Source: an uncultured Eubacteriales bacterium
GTDB taxonomy: Bacteria; Actinomycetota; Coriobacteriia; Anaerosomatales; CAVRZR01
Assembly: GCA_964354215.1 (NCBI GenBank)
Contig: CAYGYT010000001.1
Location: forward strand, 146,054-210,053
DNA length: 64,000 nucleotides
Direction of reading: 5' to 3'
The notes beneath the pieces were generated by a model. That model ran no database searches. It saw only the letters and a program-made list of their open reading frames with translations, and was not told the origin of the DNA. Both the position numbers and the translations under genes were made by a program. This document shows positions 53,958-62,441 of this stretch, piece by piece; positions within the stretch are counted from its first letter, which is position 1; the number at the start of each line of letters is the position of its first letter.

Positions 53958-56062
53958 GACGCCGGCTCCGCCACGTACTGGCGGTCGAGCATTGCCTCGA
54001 CCTGTTCGGCAATCAACTCAGGGGAGAACGGCTTGGCGAGCCGCCCCTCCGCGAGCTCGAGGATGTCGATGCGCTCGCGATCGATGCGGTGCGCGGTCAT
54101 GATGACGATTGGAATGTCGCGCCACTCGGGTGAGGTCTTCACCCGGCGGATGAGTTCGTAGCCGTCCATTCGCGGCATTCGCAAGTCGGTGATGATGATG
54201 TTCGGCTTGTGCTGCTCGATCGCCGCGATGGCCTCGACGCCGTCGTAGGCGGCGGCTACGGTGAAGCCGCGCCGGCGAAGGTTCTGGGAGAGCACTCGGA
54301 CGATGGAGTGATCGTCGTCGACCACGAGCGCGACCGGCGAGGCGAGCGAACCAACGAGTGGGTCGATGATCTCGATGAGCCGCTGCTGGTCGATAGGCTT
54401 CTCCAGGTACTGCGAGGCGCCCAGCCTACACGAGCGGCCTTCGTCGCAGATGATCGAGACAACGACGACCGGGATGTGCGCTGTCTCCTCGTGGTCCTTC
54501 AGGCACTGCAGCAATTCGAAGCCGTCCGCGCCTTCGAGGATGACGTCGAGCGTTATCACCCTTGGCCGCACGCGGATGGCCAGTGCGAGGGCCTCCTCGG
54601 CGGTGTGTGCCTTCACCACGTCGTAGCCGCGCTTGATGAGGTAGGTGGCGATCAGGTCGGCGACGTCCGGGTCGTGGTCGACCACAAGAACGGTCCCGCC
54701 CACCTGGTCGGGCGCCTGGAGTGTGGGCAGGCGAACGAGATCGATTCCCGCCTCCGGCACGGTGAAGGAGAACGTCGAGCCCTCACCGAGCTTGCTCCGC
54801 ACGAAGACCTTCCCGCCGAGCAGTTCGATGATGCTCTTGGCGATCGACAGGCCGAGCCCCGTGCCGCCGATCTCGCGCGTCATCGCCGAGTCGACGCGGT
54901 AGAACTTGGTGAAGAGCTTCTTCTGGTCCTCTCGGCTGATGCCCATACCCTTGTCGGCCACCGAGATCTGCACGAACCCATTTGTGTGCTTCGCGCTGAC
55001 GGTGACATCCCCGCCCTCGGGCGAGTACTTGAGCGCGTTGCTGATGAAGTTGATGAGTACCTGGCCGACCCTGTCGCGGTCCACAGCCACAAGCGGAAGG
55101 TTGTCGGGTATGCGCGTCTTGACCCTGCGGCCGGTCTGGCTCAGGACCGCGCGGAACGAGTCGACGGCGCCTTCGATCGAGTCGGCCATGTTGACGGGTT
55201 CAATCTTGAGCCGGATGCGACCGGACTCAATGCGTGAGATGTCGAGCATATCGTTGATCATATCGACGAGCCGGTCGGAGTTCTCCTTCACTATGCCGAG
55301 GAACTCCTCCTGGATCTCGTTGATCTCGCCTGCATCGCCGTCGAGGATGAGGTCCACGTAGCCCTTGATCGACGTGAGCGGCGTGCGAAGTTCGTGCGAC
55401 ACCGTCGAGACGAACTCGTTCTTCATCTGGTCGATCTCGCGCTCGTGCGTGATGTCGTGCATTGCGAGTACGCGGCCGATGTAGTCGCCCTCGGCGTCGA
55501 TGACGGGGCTCACACGCGCCTTGACGACGCGTGCCGGCTCGTCGAACTCGAGCTCGCGGTACTCATCGGAGTGCAGCGGGTCGAACACGTCGGCGTTCGC
55601 CTTGTGGACCTCGCAGTTGACGCATCTGTCCCGCTTCTCAGCGAACGTCGCGGGGCTGCCGCCGCAACAAAGCGTCCCGTTGATGAGCCAGCAGCGCAGG
55701 TCGTCGCTGTCGTAGGCGGGGCAGTCGTCCATCCCGCAGTCGAGGATGTCGCGACAACGGCGGGTGTCGGCGGGCGTGAGCGGCTCGATACCCACGAGCG
55801 CGTCGATGGAGACCTCTCTGCCCAAGAGCTTGGTACGCGACACGCCGAGCATCTCGGTGGCTGCGGGGTTCAGATAGGTGACGCGATCGTCCGCGGAGAA
55901 CAGCACGAGCCCGTCGCCGCTCGCCGCGAGCACGGCCTCGTTCACGAACGGAGCGCCGACTTCCTTGTCGACCGCGATGAGGCGGCCATCCGCGCGAGCG
56001 GGCGTGAAGCGCGTCGCGGGCGCGCGCTTGGGTGCGGCTCCTGGGTTCGCCGGCTTCGTCAT
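53954..56062 (-). CDS. Hybrid sensor histidine kinase (PAS, 8-Cys module, HisKA, HATPase, two receiver domains)
   Basis: ATG 56062 lies 4 nt after GGAGGG. The H-box is SHELRTPLTSI. The N and G boxes are NALKYSP and GTGLGLSI. The two receivers begin VLVVDHDP..TLDV and LVVDDDH..ITDLRMP..DG. Confidence 0.85.
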   Translation of the reverse strand: MTKPANPGAAPKRAPATRFTPARADGRLIAVDKEVGAPFVNEAVLAASGDGLVLFSADDRVTYLNPAATEMLGVSRTKLLGREVSIDALVGIEPLTPADTRRCRDILDCGMDDCPAYDSDDLRCWLINGTLCCGGSPATFAEKRDRCVNCEVHKANADVFDPLHSDEYRELEFDEPARVVKARVSPVIDAEGDYIGRVLAMHDITHEREIDQMKNEFVSTVSHELRTPLTSIKGYVDLILDGDAGEINEIQEEFLGIVKENSDRLVDMINDMLDISRIESGRIRLKIEPVNMADSIEGAVDSFRAVLSQTGRRVKTRIPDNLPLVAVDRDRVGQVLINFISNALKYSPEGGDVTVSAKHTNGFVQISVADKGMGISREDQKKLFTKFYRVDSAMTREIGGTGLGLSIAKSIIELLGGKVFVRSKLGEGSTFSFTVPEAGIDLVRLPTLQAPDQVGGTVLVVDHDPDVADLIATYLIKRGYDVVKAHTAEEALALAIRVRPRVITLDVILEGADGFELLQCLKDHEETAHIPVVVVSIICDEGRSCRLGASQYLEKPIDQQRLIEIIDPLVGSLASPVALVVDDDHSIVRVLSQNLRRRGFTVAAAYDGVEAIAAIEQHKPNIIITDLRMPRMDGYELIRRVKTSPEWRDIPIVIMTAHRIDRERIDILELAEGRLAKPFSPELIAEQVEAMLDRQYVAEPAS

Positions 56063-56152
56063 GGGCCCTCCGTCGTATTCGCCGACAACACTGGTTCCTT
56101 CGACATCCGCACGGGTGTCCCTTCCCCTCTTCGGGACCACCGCGGACGCTCG

Positions 56153-57436
56153 TCACTCAAGGCAGAGCGCCGCGGCGATATCGGTGGCAAGCTCATCGGC
56201 TATGTGTCGCACGGAGCGCCCGGTGTCGCGGGCGATGCGTGCCACGTCGTCGTGCTCCGCTCGGGCCTGCGTCTGTCCATCGACGCGAGCGACCTTGACC
56301 CTCACCGCGCCATGACGCGTGTCGAAAGTGCGCTCTTCGCGCGCGACGACGGTTCGTTCCACATCGCGACGGCGGACGCCGAGGGTGCCGGTCAGCTCGT
56401 GCGTCCGGACGACGAGCCGTTCGGCATCGCCCGGGGTGCACATGAGCGAAAGCGCCACCGCCGCGCGGCCCTTCTTCATCACGATGGGCGTCTGCCACAC
56501 GTCGAGCGCGCCCTCGGCGAGCAACTCCTCCGCGCAGAACGCGAGCTGCTCGGGACTGAGGTGGTCGATGTTGGTCTCGAGCACGGCGATCGTCTCGAGG
56601 GCGAGCCGGCCGACGTCGCCGCTCGACGGCGCAGGCACGCCGGCGGTTCGCTCGCCGACAACCACCCGCGTCACGTTCGGGAAGCCGACATCGCGCGTGC
56701 CCGCACCGTATCCGACGGTGGTCGCTACCATCGAAGGGAGGGGTCCGAAGCCGGTTGCGAGGGAACGCACGAGGGCTGCCCCGGTCGGCGTTGTGAGTTC
56801 GCCAGCCGGCGCACCGTCCGCCGCCGTTGGCCCGGTGACGACCGGCAGCCCGAGAAGGAGCTGGACGGTGGCTGGTGCGGGCACAGGCAGGCGTCCATGA
56901 GCGGTCTGGACGGTGCCGCCGCCCACCGCGGGGGGCGTGGCGATCAGCTCGTCGATGCCGAGTGCATCCAGTCCGAGAGCGACACCGACCACGTCGAGGA
57001 TCGTGTCCAAGGCGCCGATCTCGTGGAAGTGCACCTCGTCAACGCTCGTTCCGTGCACCTGCGCTTCGGCCTCGGCGAGCAGCTCGAACACCTGGAGCGC
57101 CCGCGCAGCGACTCGCTCGCAAAGCCCGGCGCTCGCAACGACGCCGCGGATGTCCGCGAGACAGCGGAGCGGGGCGTGGGCGGCGGGCCCAGCAGCGGCG
57201 GGCCCAGCAGCCACGTGCCCGACAGCCGCGGGCTTCGCGGCAGGTGCGTCGCGCAACCGTACCGAGACCGCGGCGATCCCGGCCGACGTGACGCGCTCGA
57301 CGAGGAGCGATTCCGGAGCGATGCCGAGCGGCGCCACGGCCGAGCGGAGCTGGTCGGAGGCGAAGCCGGCGTCGATGAGCGCGCCGAGGAACTTGTCGCC
57401 GGAGATCCCACTCGAGCAGTCGAGGTGAGCGATCAC
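56153..57436 (-). CDS. larC: Nickel-pincer cofactor biosynthesis nickel insertion protein LarC (DUF111)
   Basis: GTG 57436 overlaps the larB stop (GTGA). The N-terminus VIAHLDCSSGISGDKFLGALIDAG is typical of LarC. The track ORF extends to 58315 in a frame that overlaps larB, and that part was rejected. Confidence 0.8.
   Translation of the reverse strand: MIAHLDCSSGISGDKFLGALIDAGFASDQLRSAVAPLGIAPESLLVERVTSAGIAAVSVRLRDAPAAKPAAVGHVAAGPAAAGPAAHAPLRCLADIRGVVASAGLCERVAARALQVFELLAEAEAQVHGTSVDEVHFHEIGALDTILDVVGVALGLDALGIDELIATPPAVGGGTVQTAHGRLPVPAPATVQLLLGLPVVTGPTAADGAPAGELTTPTGAALVRSLATGFGPLPSMVATTVGYGAGTRDVGFPNVTRVVVGERTAGVPAPSSGDVGRLALETIAVLETNIDHLSPEQLAFCAEELLAEGALDVWQTPIVMKKGRAAVALSLMCTPGDAERLVVRTHELTGTLGVRRRDVERTVVAREERTFDTRHGAVRVKVARVDGQTQARAEHDDVARIARDTGRSVRHIADELATDIAAALCLE
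57181..57210. repeat. Perfect 15-bp tandem duplication inside larC
   Basis: CGGCGGGCCCAGCAG occurs twice head to tail. It encodes AAGPAAAGPAA on the minus strand. Confidence 0.9.
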
Positions 57437-58245
57437 GGTGCGCCCTCGGATGCTGCCTGGTTGATGCGACTCGCGAGTGCGGCCGCGCCAAAACCGTTGT
57501 CGATGTTGACCACGCCGATTCCCGCGGCGCACGAGTTGAGCATCGTCAGCAACGGAGCGACGCCGCCGAAGTGTGCGCCGTAGCCCACCGATGTGGGCAC
57601 ACCGACCACCGGCACCGCAACGAGCCCGGCCACGAGCGAGGGAAGTGCGCCCTCCATGCCCGCCACCGCGATGATCACGCGCGCGGAAGCGAGCGTTTCG
57701 CCAAACGACAGCAGCCGATGAATCCCCGCGACGCCAACGTCGTAGAGCCGAGTGACGCGGTTTCCCATCACTTCGGCGCAGATGGCGGCCTCTTCGGCAA
57801 CCGGCACATCGGCGGTGCCCCCGGTGGCAACCACGATGTGACCGGCGGCAGGGCGCTCGGCTCGGCGGTCGACCACGATGACGCGGGCGTCCTCGAAGAA
57901 GCGTGCGTCGTCTGCGAGCTGCGCGACCGCCTGGAAGTGGGCTGCGCTCGCCCGCGTGGCAAGCAAGACGTCGCCGTGCTCGAGGATCTCGCGGGCGATC
58001 GAGCGCAGCTGAGAGGGGGTCTTGCCCTGGCAGAACACCACCTCGGCGAAGCCGGTGCGCATCGCCCGGTGGTGGTCGACGCGAGCGTCCACGCGATCCG
58101 CGCTCGCTGTCGGGTGAGCTCCGGCCTCCTGCTCGGCCGTCAGCTCGCCGAAGGGGAACCGCCTGAGAACGTCGGCGGCTTCCTCGACCGAGCGCTCGCC
58201 CGAGGCGACCTCGGCGAGCAATCGGAGTATGCGATCGGGATCCAC
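57433..58245 (-). CDS. larB: Nickel-pincer cofactor biosynthesis protein LarB (AIR-carboxylase-like)
   Basis: Blocks seen: RTGF.EVVFC.GKT, VATGGTADVPVAEEA, AVAGMEGALPSVVAGL-like (AVAGMEGALPSLVAGL), PTSVGYG. Confidence 0.85.
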   Translation of the reverse strand: MDPDRILRLLAEVASGERSVEEAADVLRRFPFGELTAEQEAGAHPTASADRVDARVDHHRAMRTGFAEVVFCQGKTPSQLRSIAREILEHGDVLLATRASAAHFQAVAQLADDARFFEDARVIVVDRRAERPAAGHIVVATGGTADVPVAEEAAICAEVMGNRVTRLYDVGVAGIHRLLSFGETLASARVIIAVAGMEGALPSLVAGLVAVPVVGVPTSVGYGAHFGGVAPLLTMLNSCAAGIGVVNIDNGFGAAALASRINQAASEGAP

Positions 58246-58424
58246 TGGACTCCTTGGGCATGTGGCGCGTAGCGGAGCGATGCCAGCGAGCGACTCGCAG
58301 CGAATCCGCGCACATTAAACGGACTCATACCTGCAGGCCGTGCAAGCGCGTGCCGATATCTTCCTTCAGAGTATAGTGCGACGCTTCCGCGCCGCACGAG
58401 CGGAAACTCGGACGAGGGAGATGC

Positions 58425-59945
58425 GTGGCGCACCGGGGGCGGGCAGTCGCCAGCGCCGACGAGCGCGCGTACTTGTATGCGCGCGGTATCGTGCTTGCCA
58501 CGCTCACCTTCTTGTACGTCTCCGACCTGCTTGAACTGCCCGATCAGACCGCGAGCACGTACTACGTCGCGGCCATCACGGGATTCGCGCTTGTCGGCGC
58601 CCTTCAGGTCTGGGCATTCCTCGTTCGACGAATACCGCTCCAGCGGACCATGCCGTACGCGCTGCCCTTCGACTTGGTGTGCATCGGCTTGTTCACGTCG
58701 GCGCTGGCCGAGTCGGGCAACTTGGGCTACCCGATCGCCATAACCTGGCCCGTTCTGTACGCGCTTGTGATGCGGCGGCGTCAAGCGTGGGTGGTTGGTG
58801 GTCTGACCGCGATCATCTACCTCGTAGGTATGCTCTCGGTCCCGCTCGAGAGCTGGGCCCAATTCGCCGAGTTGACGATCCGCGCGCTCGTCATCGTGGC
58901 GGTGAGCGGCCGCATCGCGTACTCGGAAGAGCTGCAGCGCGAGCGAGAAGAACAGGCGCAGCGCGCCAATGCCGAGAATGAGCGGCTCAATGCGGAGTTG
59001 CAGTCGAGCCTGAGTGAGCTCCAGGCGCTTTTCGAGATCAGCGATCACATCCACGCGAGTCTCGACGTTGATGCTGCCGCGCAGCCCGTCCTGGAGACCG
59101 TCGCGCGAACGCTCGGCCTCGAGGCGTGCTGCATGTACGTCGTGGAGAAGTCCACGGATGCAGTAGTCTTCAGCGCCTCGATCGGCGTGCCCCTCGACGT
59201 TGCGCTGCCGGGAGCTCCAAGCTGCGACCGTCGAATCGAAGATGAGGACCTCGAGCTGGCGCTCTCGTGCATGTGCCCGTTCGACCAGCCGCACATGCGG
59301 CTCGTCTTCTGCGCCGCCGCCCACGATCTCGAACGGCTCTCCGAGAACGATCACCTTGTGCTTCAGGCAATCGGGCACGAAGTCGCGGAAGCGGTCGAGA
59401 ACTCCCAGCTCTACAAGCTCACGAAGCGTATGGCGGTCACAGACGAACTAACCGGTCTCTACAACTACCGCTACCTGCAGCAGCACATTGCCGATGAGGT
59501 CTCGCGGGCGGGCCGCTACAAGGGGTTCGCAACGCTGCTCATGATCGACTGTGATGACTTCAAGGCATTCAACGACCTGTACGGGCACGTGGCAGGTGAC
59601 GAAGTCCTCGCCGAACTCGGCCACGTCTTCACGGACAACGTCCGCGACGTCGATCTGGTAGCGCGATACGGCGGCGAGGAGTTCTCGGTGCTCCTACCGG
59701 AGACCGACATGATGGGTGGGGTCGCTGCCGCCGAGAAGCTTCGCGACGCCGTCGCCGAGCACGAGTTCCAGGCTCCCTACAATCGCAAGTTGAGCGTGAG
59801 CATCGGGATCGCGACGTACCCGACGCATGGCCGTGATGCGGAGTCCCTGCTACGCGCGGCAGACGATGCTCTGTACGGTGCCAAGAACAGCGGGAAGAAC
59901 CAGGTTCACACTCCGGGCGTGTACGACGGCCAGCCAGTGTGGTAG
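58425..59945 (+). CDS. Polytopic membrane GAF-like/GGDEF diguanylate cyclase
   Basis: About six N-terminal TM helices and a coiled coil are followed by DELTGLYNYRY, RYGGEEFSVLLP and an RxxD-free region. The GTG start at 58425 is tentative. Confidence 0.8.
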   Translation: MAHRGRAVASADERAYLYARGIVLATLTFLYVSDLLELPDQTASTYYVAAITGFALVGALQVWAFLVRRIPLQRTMPYALPFDLVCIGLFTSALAESGNLGYPIAITWPVLYALVMRRRQAWVVGGLTAIIYLVGMLSVPLESWAQFAELTIRALVIVAVSGRIAYSEELQREREEQAQRANAENERLNAELQSSLSELQALFEISDHIHASLDVDAAAQPVLETVARTLGLEACCMYVVEKSTDAVVFSASIGVPLDVALPGAPSCDRRIEDEDLELALSCMCPFDQPHMRLVFCAAAHDLERLSENDHLVLQAIGHEVAEAVENSQLYKLTKRMAVTDELTGLYNYRYLQQHIADEVSRAGRYKGFATLLMIDCDDFKAFNDLYGHVAGDEVLAELGHVFTDNVRDVDLVARYGGEEFSVLLPETDMMGGVAAAEKLRDAVAEHEFQAPYNRKLSVSIGIATYPTHGRDAESLLRAADDALYGAKNSGKNQVHTPGVYDGQPVW

Positions 59946-59985
59946 TCAATAGCGTAACGACCACACCGACTGGGAGGGGCCAGCC

Positions 59986-60807
59986 ATGCCCCGCTACGCG
60001 TTCCTCGGTCCCGAAGGGACTTACTCCGAAGAAGCCCTGCTGAGCTTGAACCTCCCCGGCGCGGAACCGGTGGCATGCGCCACCATCGGGGAGGTGTTCC
60101 TCGCCGTGGAGTCCGGCAAGGCAGACGCGGGCGTCGTGCCGATCGAGAACTCGGTCGAAGGCAGCGTCAACGCCACCCTCGACGCGCTCGCGTTCGATCA
60201 TGACCTGTCGATCAGCCGAGAGATCGTGCTCAACATCCATCACTCGCTCGTGGGCGCGCCAGGCCTCAAAGTCGCCGACGTCACCGAGATCGTTGGGCAT
60301 CCGCAGGCAACGGGGCAGTGCCGCAAGTGGATCGCCCGCACCCTGCCGAGCAAGCCGATCGTCGCGGCGAATTCGAATGCCGAGGCAGTGCAGATCGCGG
60401 TCGCTTCACCGGGGGTCGCGGCGATCGGGCCGGCACTCGCCGCATCGCTCTACGGCGGAGAGGTGCTGGTGGAGGATGTCGAGGACTTCGCGGGCAACCA
60501 GACGCGCTTCGTCATGGTCGGCAGGGAGTCTGCGGAGCGCACAGGGAAGGACAAGACGTCGCTCGCGCTCTTCTTGAGAGCCGACAAGCCAGGCGCGCTT
60601 CTGATGATCCTGTCCGAGTTCGCCTACGGGGACATCAACCTCACGAAACTCCAGTCCCGTCCCACCAAGCGGGCGCTCGGCGACTACATGTTCTTCATCG
60701 ACCTCGAGGGGCATGTCGACGACGAGAACGTGCAGCTCGCGCTCAACTGCCTGCGCCTCAAGCTTCGAACCGTTAAGGTGCTCGGCAGCTACCCGCGCGC
60801 GAAGTAG
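59986..60807 (+). CDS. pheA: Prephenate dehydratase
   Basis: Blocks seen: YAFLGPEGTYSEEA, VPIENS.EGSV, N.TRF, and the ACT-domain blocks TSL.F.....PGAL and NLTKLQSRP. Confidence 0.9.
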   Translation: MPRYAFLGPEGTYSEEALLSLNLPGAEPVACATIGEVFLAVESGKADAGVVPIENSVEGSVNATLDALAFDHDLSISREIVLNIHHSLVGAPGLKVADVTEIVGHPQATGQCRKWIARTLPSKPIVAANSNAEAVQIAVASPGVAAIGPALAASLYGGEVLVEDVEDFAGNQTRFVMVGRESAERTGKDKTSLALFLRADKPGALLMILSEFAYGDINLTKLQSRPTKRALGDYMFFIDLEGHVDDENVQLALNCLRLKLRTVKVLGSYPRAK

Positions 60808-60975
60808 CAACGCAGGCCTGAGACGCAGGCAGTGGGAGCTCTGCCGCTCTCGCCCGCCGCTCCCCGGCTATACCGCACCATTCGGCTGGGTAATGCGCCG
60901 GTTTGCTGGCCTTATGGCGTGGCGCTCGCTATGATGCACCGCATCCTCGACGTGAAGGAGGTGGATTCGAGGACC

Positions 60976-61083
60976 GTGGCACGCACGCTTTCGCTCGTGA
61001 CGATGATGGACATGATGATGACCCAGCCCGGGTCTTGGCGCGTATGCGCTGGAACCGGGCGGCTTTCGCTGCTCGCCTCGTAG
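60976..61083 (+). promoter_or_regulatory. Candidate Met-codon-rich leader peptide ORF upstream of metY
   Basis: An in-frame run ATG ATG GAC ATG ATG ATG lies at 61003..61020. A possible GTG start at 60976 sits 14 nt after AAGGAGG (60955..60961). The stop at 61081..61083 is 53 nt before the metY ATG. The ORF limits are tentative. Confidence 0.3.
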
Positions 61084-61136
61084 GCGGGCTCATCTGCAGT
61101 CCACATCAGACACGACCGAAAGTGAGGTACCGAGCC

Positions 61137-62438
61137 ATGAGTGACTCGTCCACCCCCCGTTTCGATACGCTTGCGATCCACGCCGGGCAGGTCCCCGATC
61201 CCACCACCGGATCGCGCGCCGTCCCGATCTATCAGACCGTCGCGTACAACTTCCGCGACACGGAGCACGCCGCGAACCTCTTCGGCTTACGCGAGTTCGG
61301 CAACATCTACTCGCGGATCATGAACCCCACGAACGACGTGCTCGAGCAGCGCATCGCCGCCCTGCACGGAGGCACAGCCGCTCTCGCCGTCTCGTCAGGA
61401 CACGCCGCCGAGAACCTCGCGCTCCTGAACCTCGCGGACTCGGGCGATTCGATCGTGAGCTCTACTTCGCTCTACGGCGGCACCTGGAACATCTTCCTGC
61501 ACACGTTCAAGCGCCTCGGCATCACCGTGCGCTTCGTCGAGCCCACTGACATCCAGGGTTTCGTCGACGCAACGGACGACACAACGAAGGCATGGTTCAT
61601 CGAGACGATCGGCAACCCGCGTCTCGACGTCCCCGATCTCGCGCCCCTCGCTGCCGCCGGCCGCGAGCTTGGCGTGCCGCTGGTCGTGGACAACACGTTC
61701 GCGACGCCGTACCTCACTCGTCCGATCGAGCACGGCGCTGCGGTCGTCATCGAGTCGCTCACGAAGTGGCTCGGCGGACACGGCACCTCGATAGGTGGCG
61801 CGATCGTCGACGGTGGCAACTTCGACTGGGGCAACGGTCGCTTCCCGCACTTCACCGAGGGCGACCCGAGCTACCACGGACTGAAGTACTGGGACGTCTT
61901 CGGCGACTTCCCGGGTCTGGGCAACGTCGCCTTCGGCATACGCGCGCGCGTGCAGCTGCAGCGTGACTTCGGCGCGGCGCTCTCACCGTTCAACGCGCAG
62001 CAGTTCATCCTTGGAGTGGAGACGTTGTCGCTTCGCCTCGAGCGCCACTCTCAGAACGCTCTGGCGGTCGCGAAGTATCTCGAATCGCACCCGAAGGTCG
62101 ACTGGGTCATCTACCCCGGCCTGACGTCGCATCCCACGAAGGCGAACGCCGACCGCTACCTCACGCACGGCTACGGCGGCGTTGTGGTCTTCGGCGTGAA
62201 GGGCGGGCTTGAGGCCGGCAAGAAGCTCATCGACTCCGTAGAGCTCTTCAGCCACCTTGCGAACGTGGGAGACGCGAAGTCGCTCATCATCCACCCTGCC
62301 TCCACCACGCACTCCCAGCTCTCAGAAGAGGAGCTCGTTCGCGCCGGAATCGGCCCGGACTTCGTCCGCCTTGCGGTGGGCATCGAGGACGTCGCCGACA
62401 TCCTGGCCGATCTGGACCAGGCACTCGAGCGGGTGTAG
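61137..62438 (+). CDS. metY: O-acetylhomoserine sulfhydrylase (aminocarboxypropyltransferase)
   Basis: Blocks seen: RFDTLAIHAGQ.PDP.TG.RAVPIYQT..Y.F, NPT.DVLE.R.A.LEGG, ESLTKWLGGHGT.IGG and HPASTTH. Confidence 0.9.
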   Translation: MSDSSTPRFDTLAIHAGQVPDPTTGSRAVPIYQTVAYNFRDTEHAANLFGLREFGNIYSRIMNPTNDVLEQRIAALHGGTAALAVSSGHAAENLALLNLADSGDSIVSSTSLYGGTWNIFLHTFKRLGITVRFVEPTDIQGFVDATDDTTKAWFIETIGNPRLDVPDLAPLAAAGRELGVPLVVDNTFATPYLTRPIEHGAAVVIESLTKWLGGHGTSIGGAIVDGGNFDWGNGRFPHFTEGDPSYHGLKYWDVFGDFPGLGNVAFGIRARVQLQRDFGAALSPFNAQQFILGVETLSLRLERHSQNALAVAKYLESHPKVDWVIYPGLTSHPTKANADRYLTHGYGGVVVFGVKGGLEAGKKLIDSVELFSHLANVGDAKSLIIHPASTTHSQLSEEELVRAGIGPDFVRLAVGIEDVADILADLDQALERV

Positions 62439-62441
62439 GCG

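Noticed and set aside
57437-58315. The upstream 293 codons of the 720-aa ORF that contains larC.
   Set aside because: This part overlaps the whole of larB in a different frame and is Arg-rich nonsense. The LarC signature (HLDCSSGISGD) begins right after GTG 57436, which overlaps the larB stop.
60830-61136. A SAM riboswitch was expected upstream of metY-metX-metW.
   Set aside because: I looked for the SAM-I core (GAGGGA...GGCCC...GCAACC...GGUGC.AA) and SAM-IV features (GGUCAUGAG...GGCAACC) and did not find them. The Met-codon run was reported as the alternative. cmsearch should still be run.
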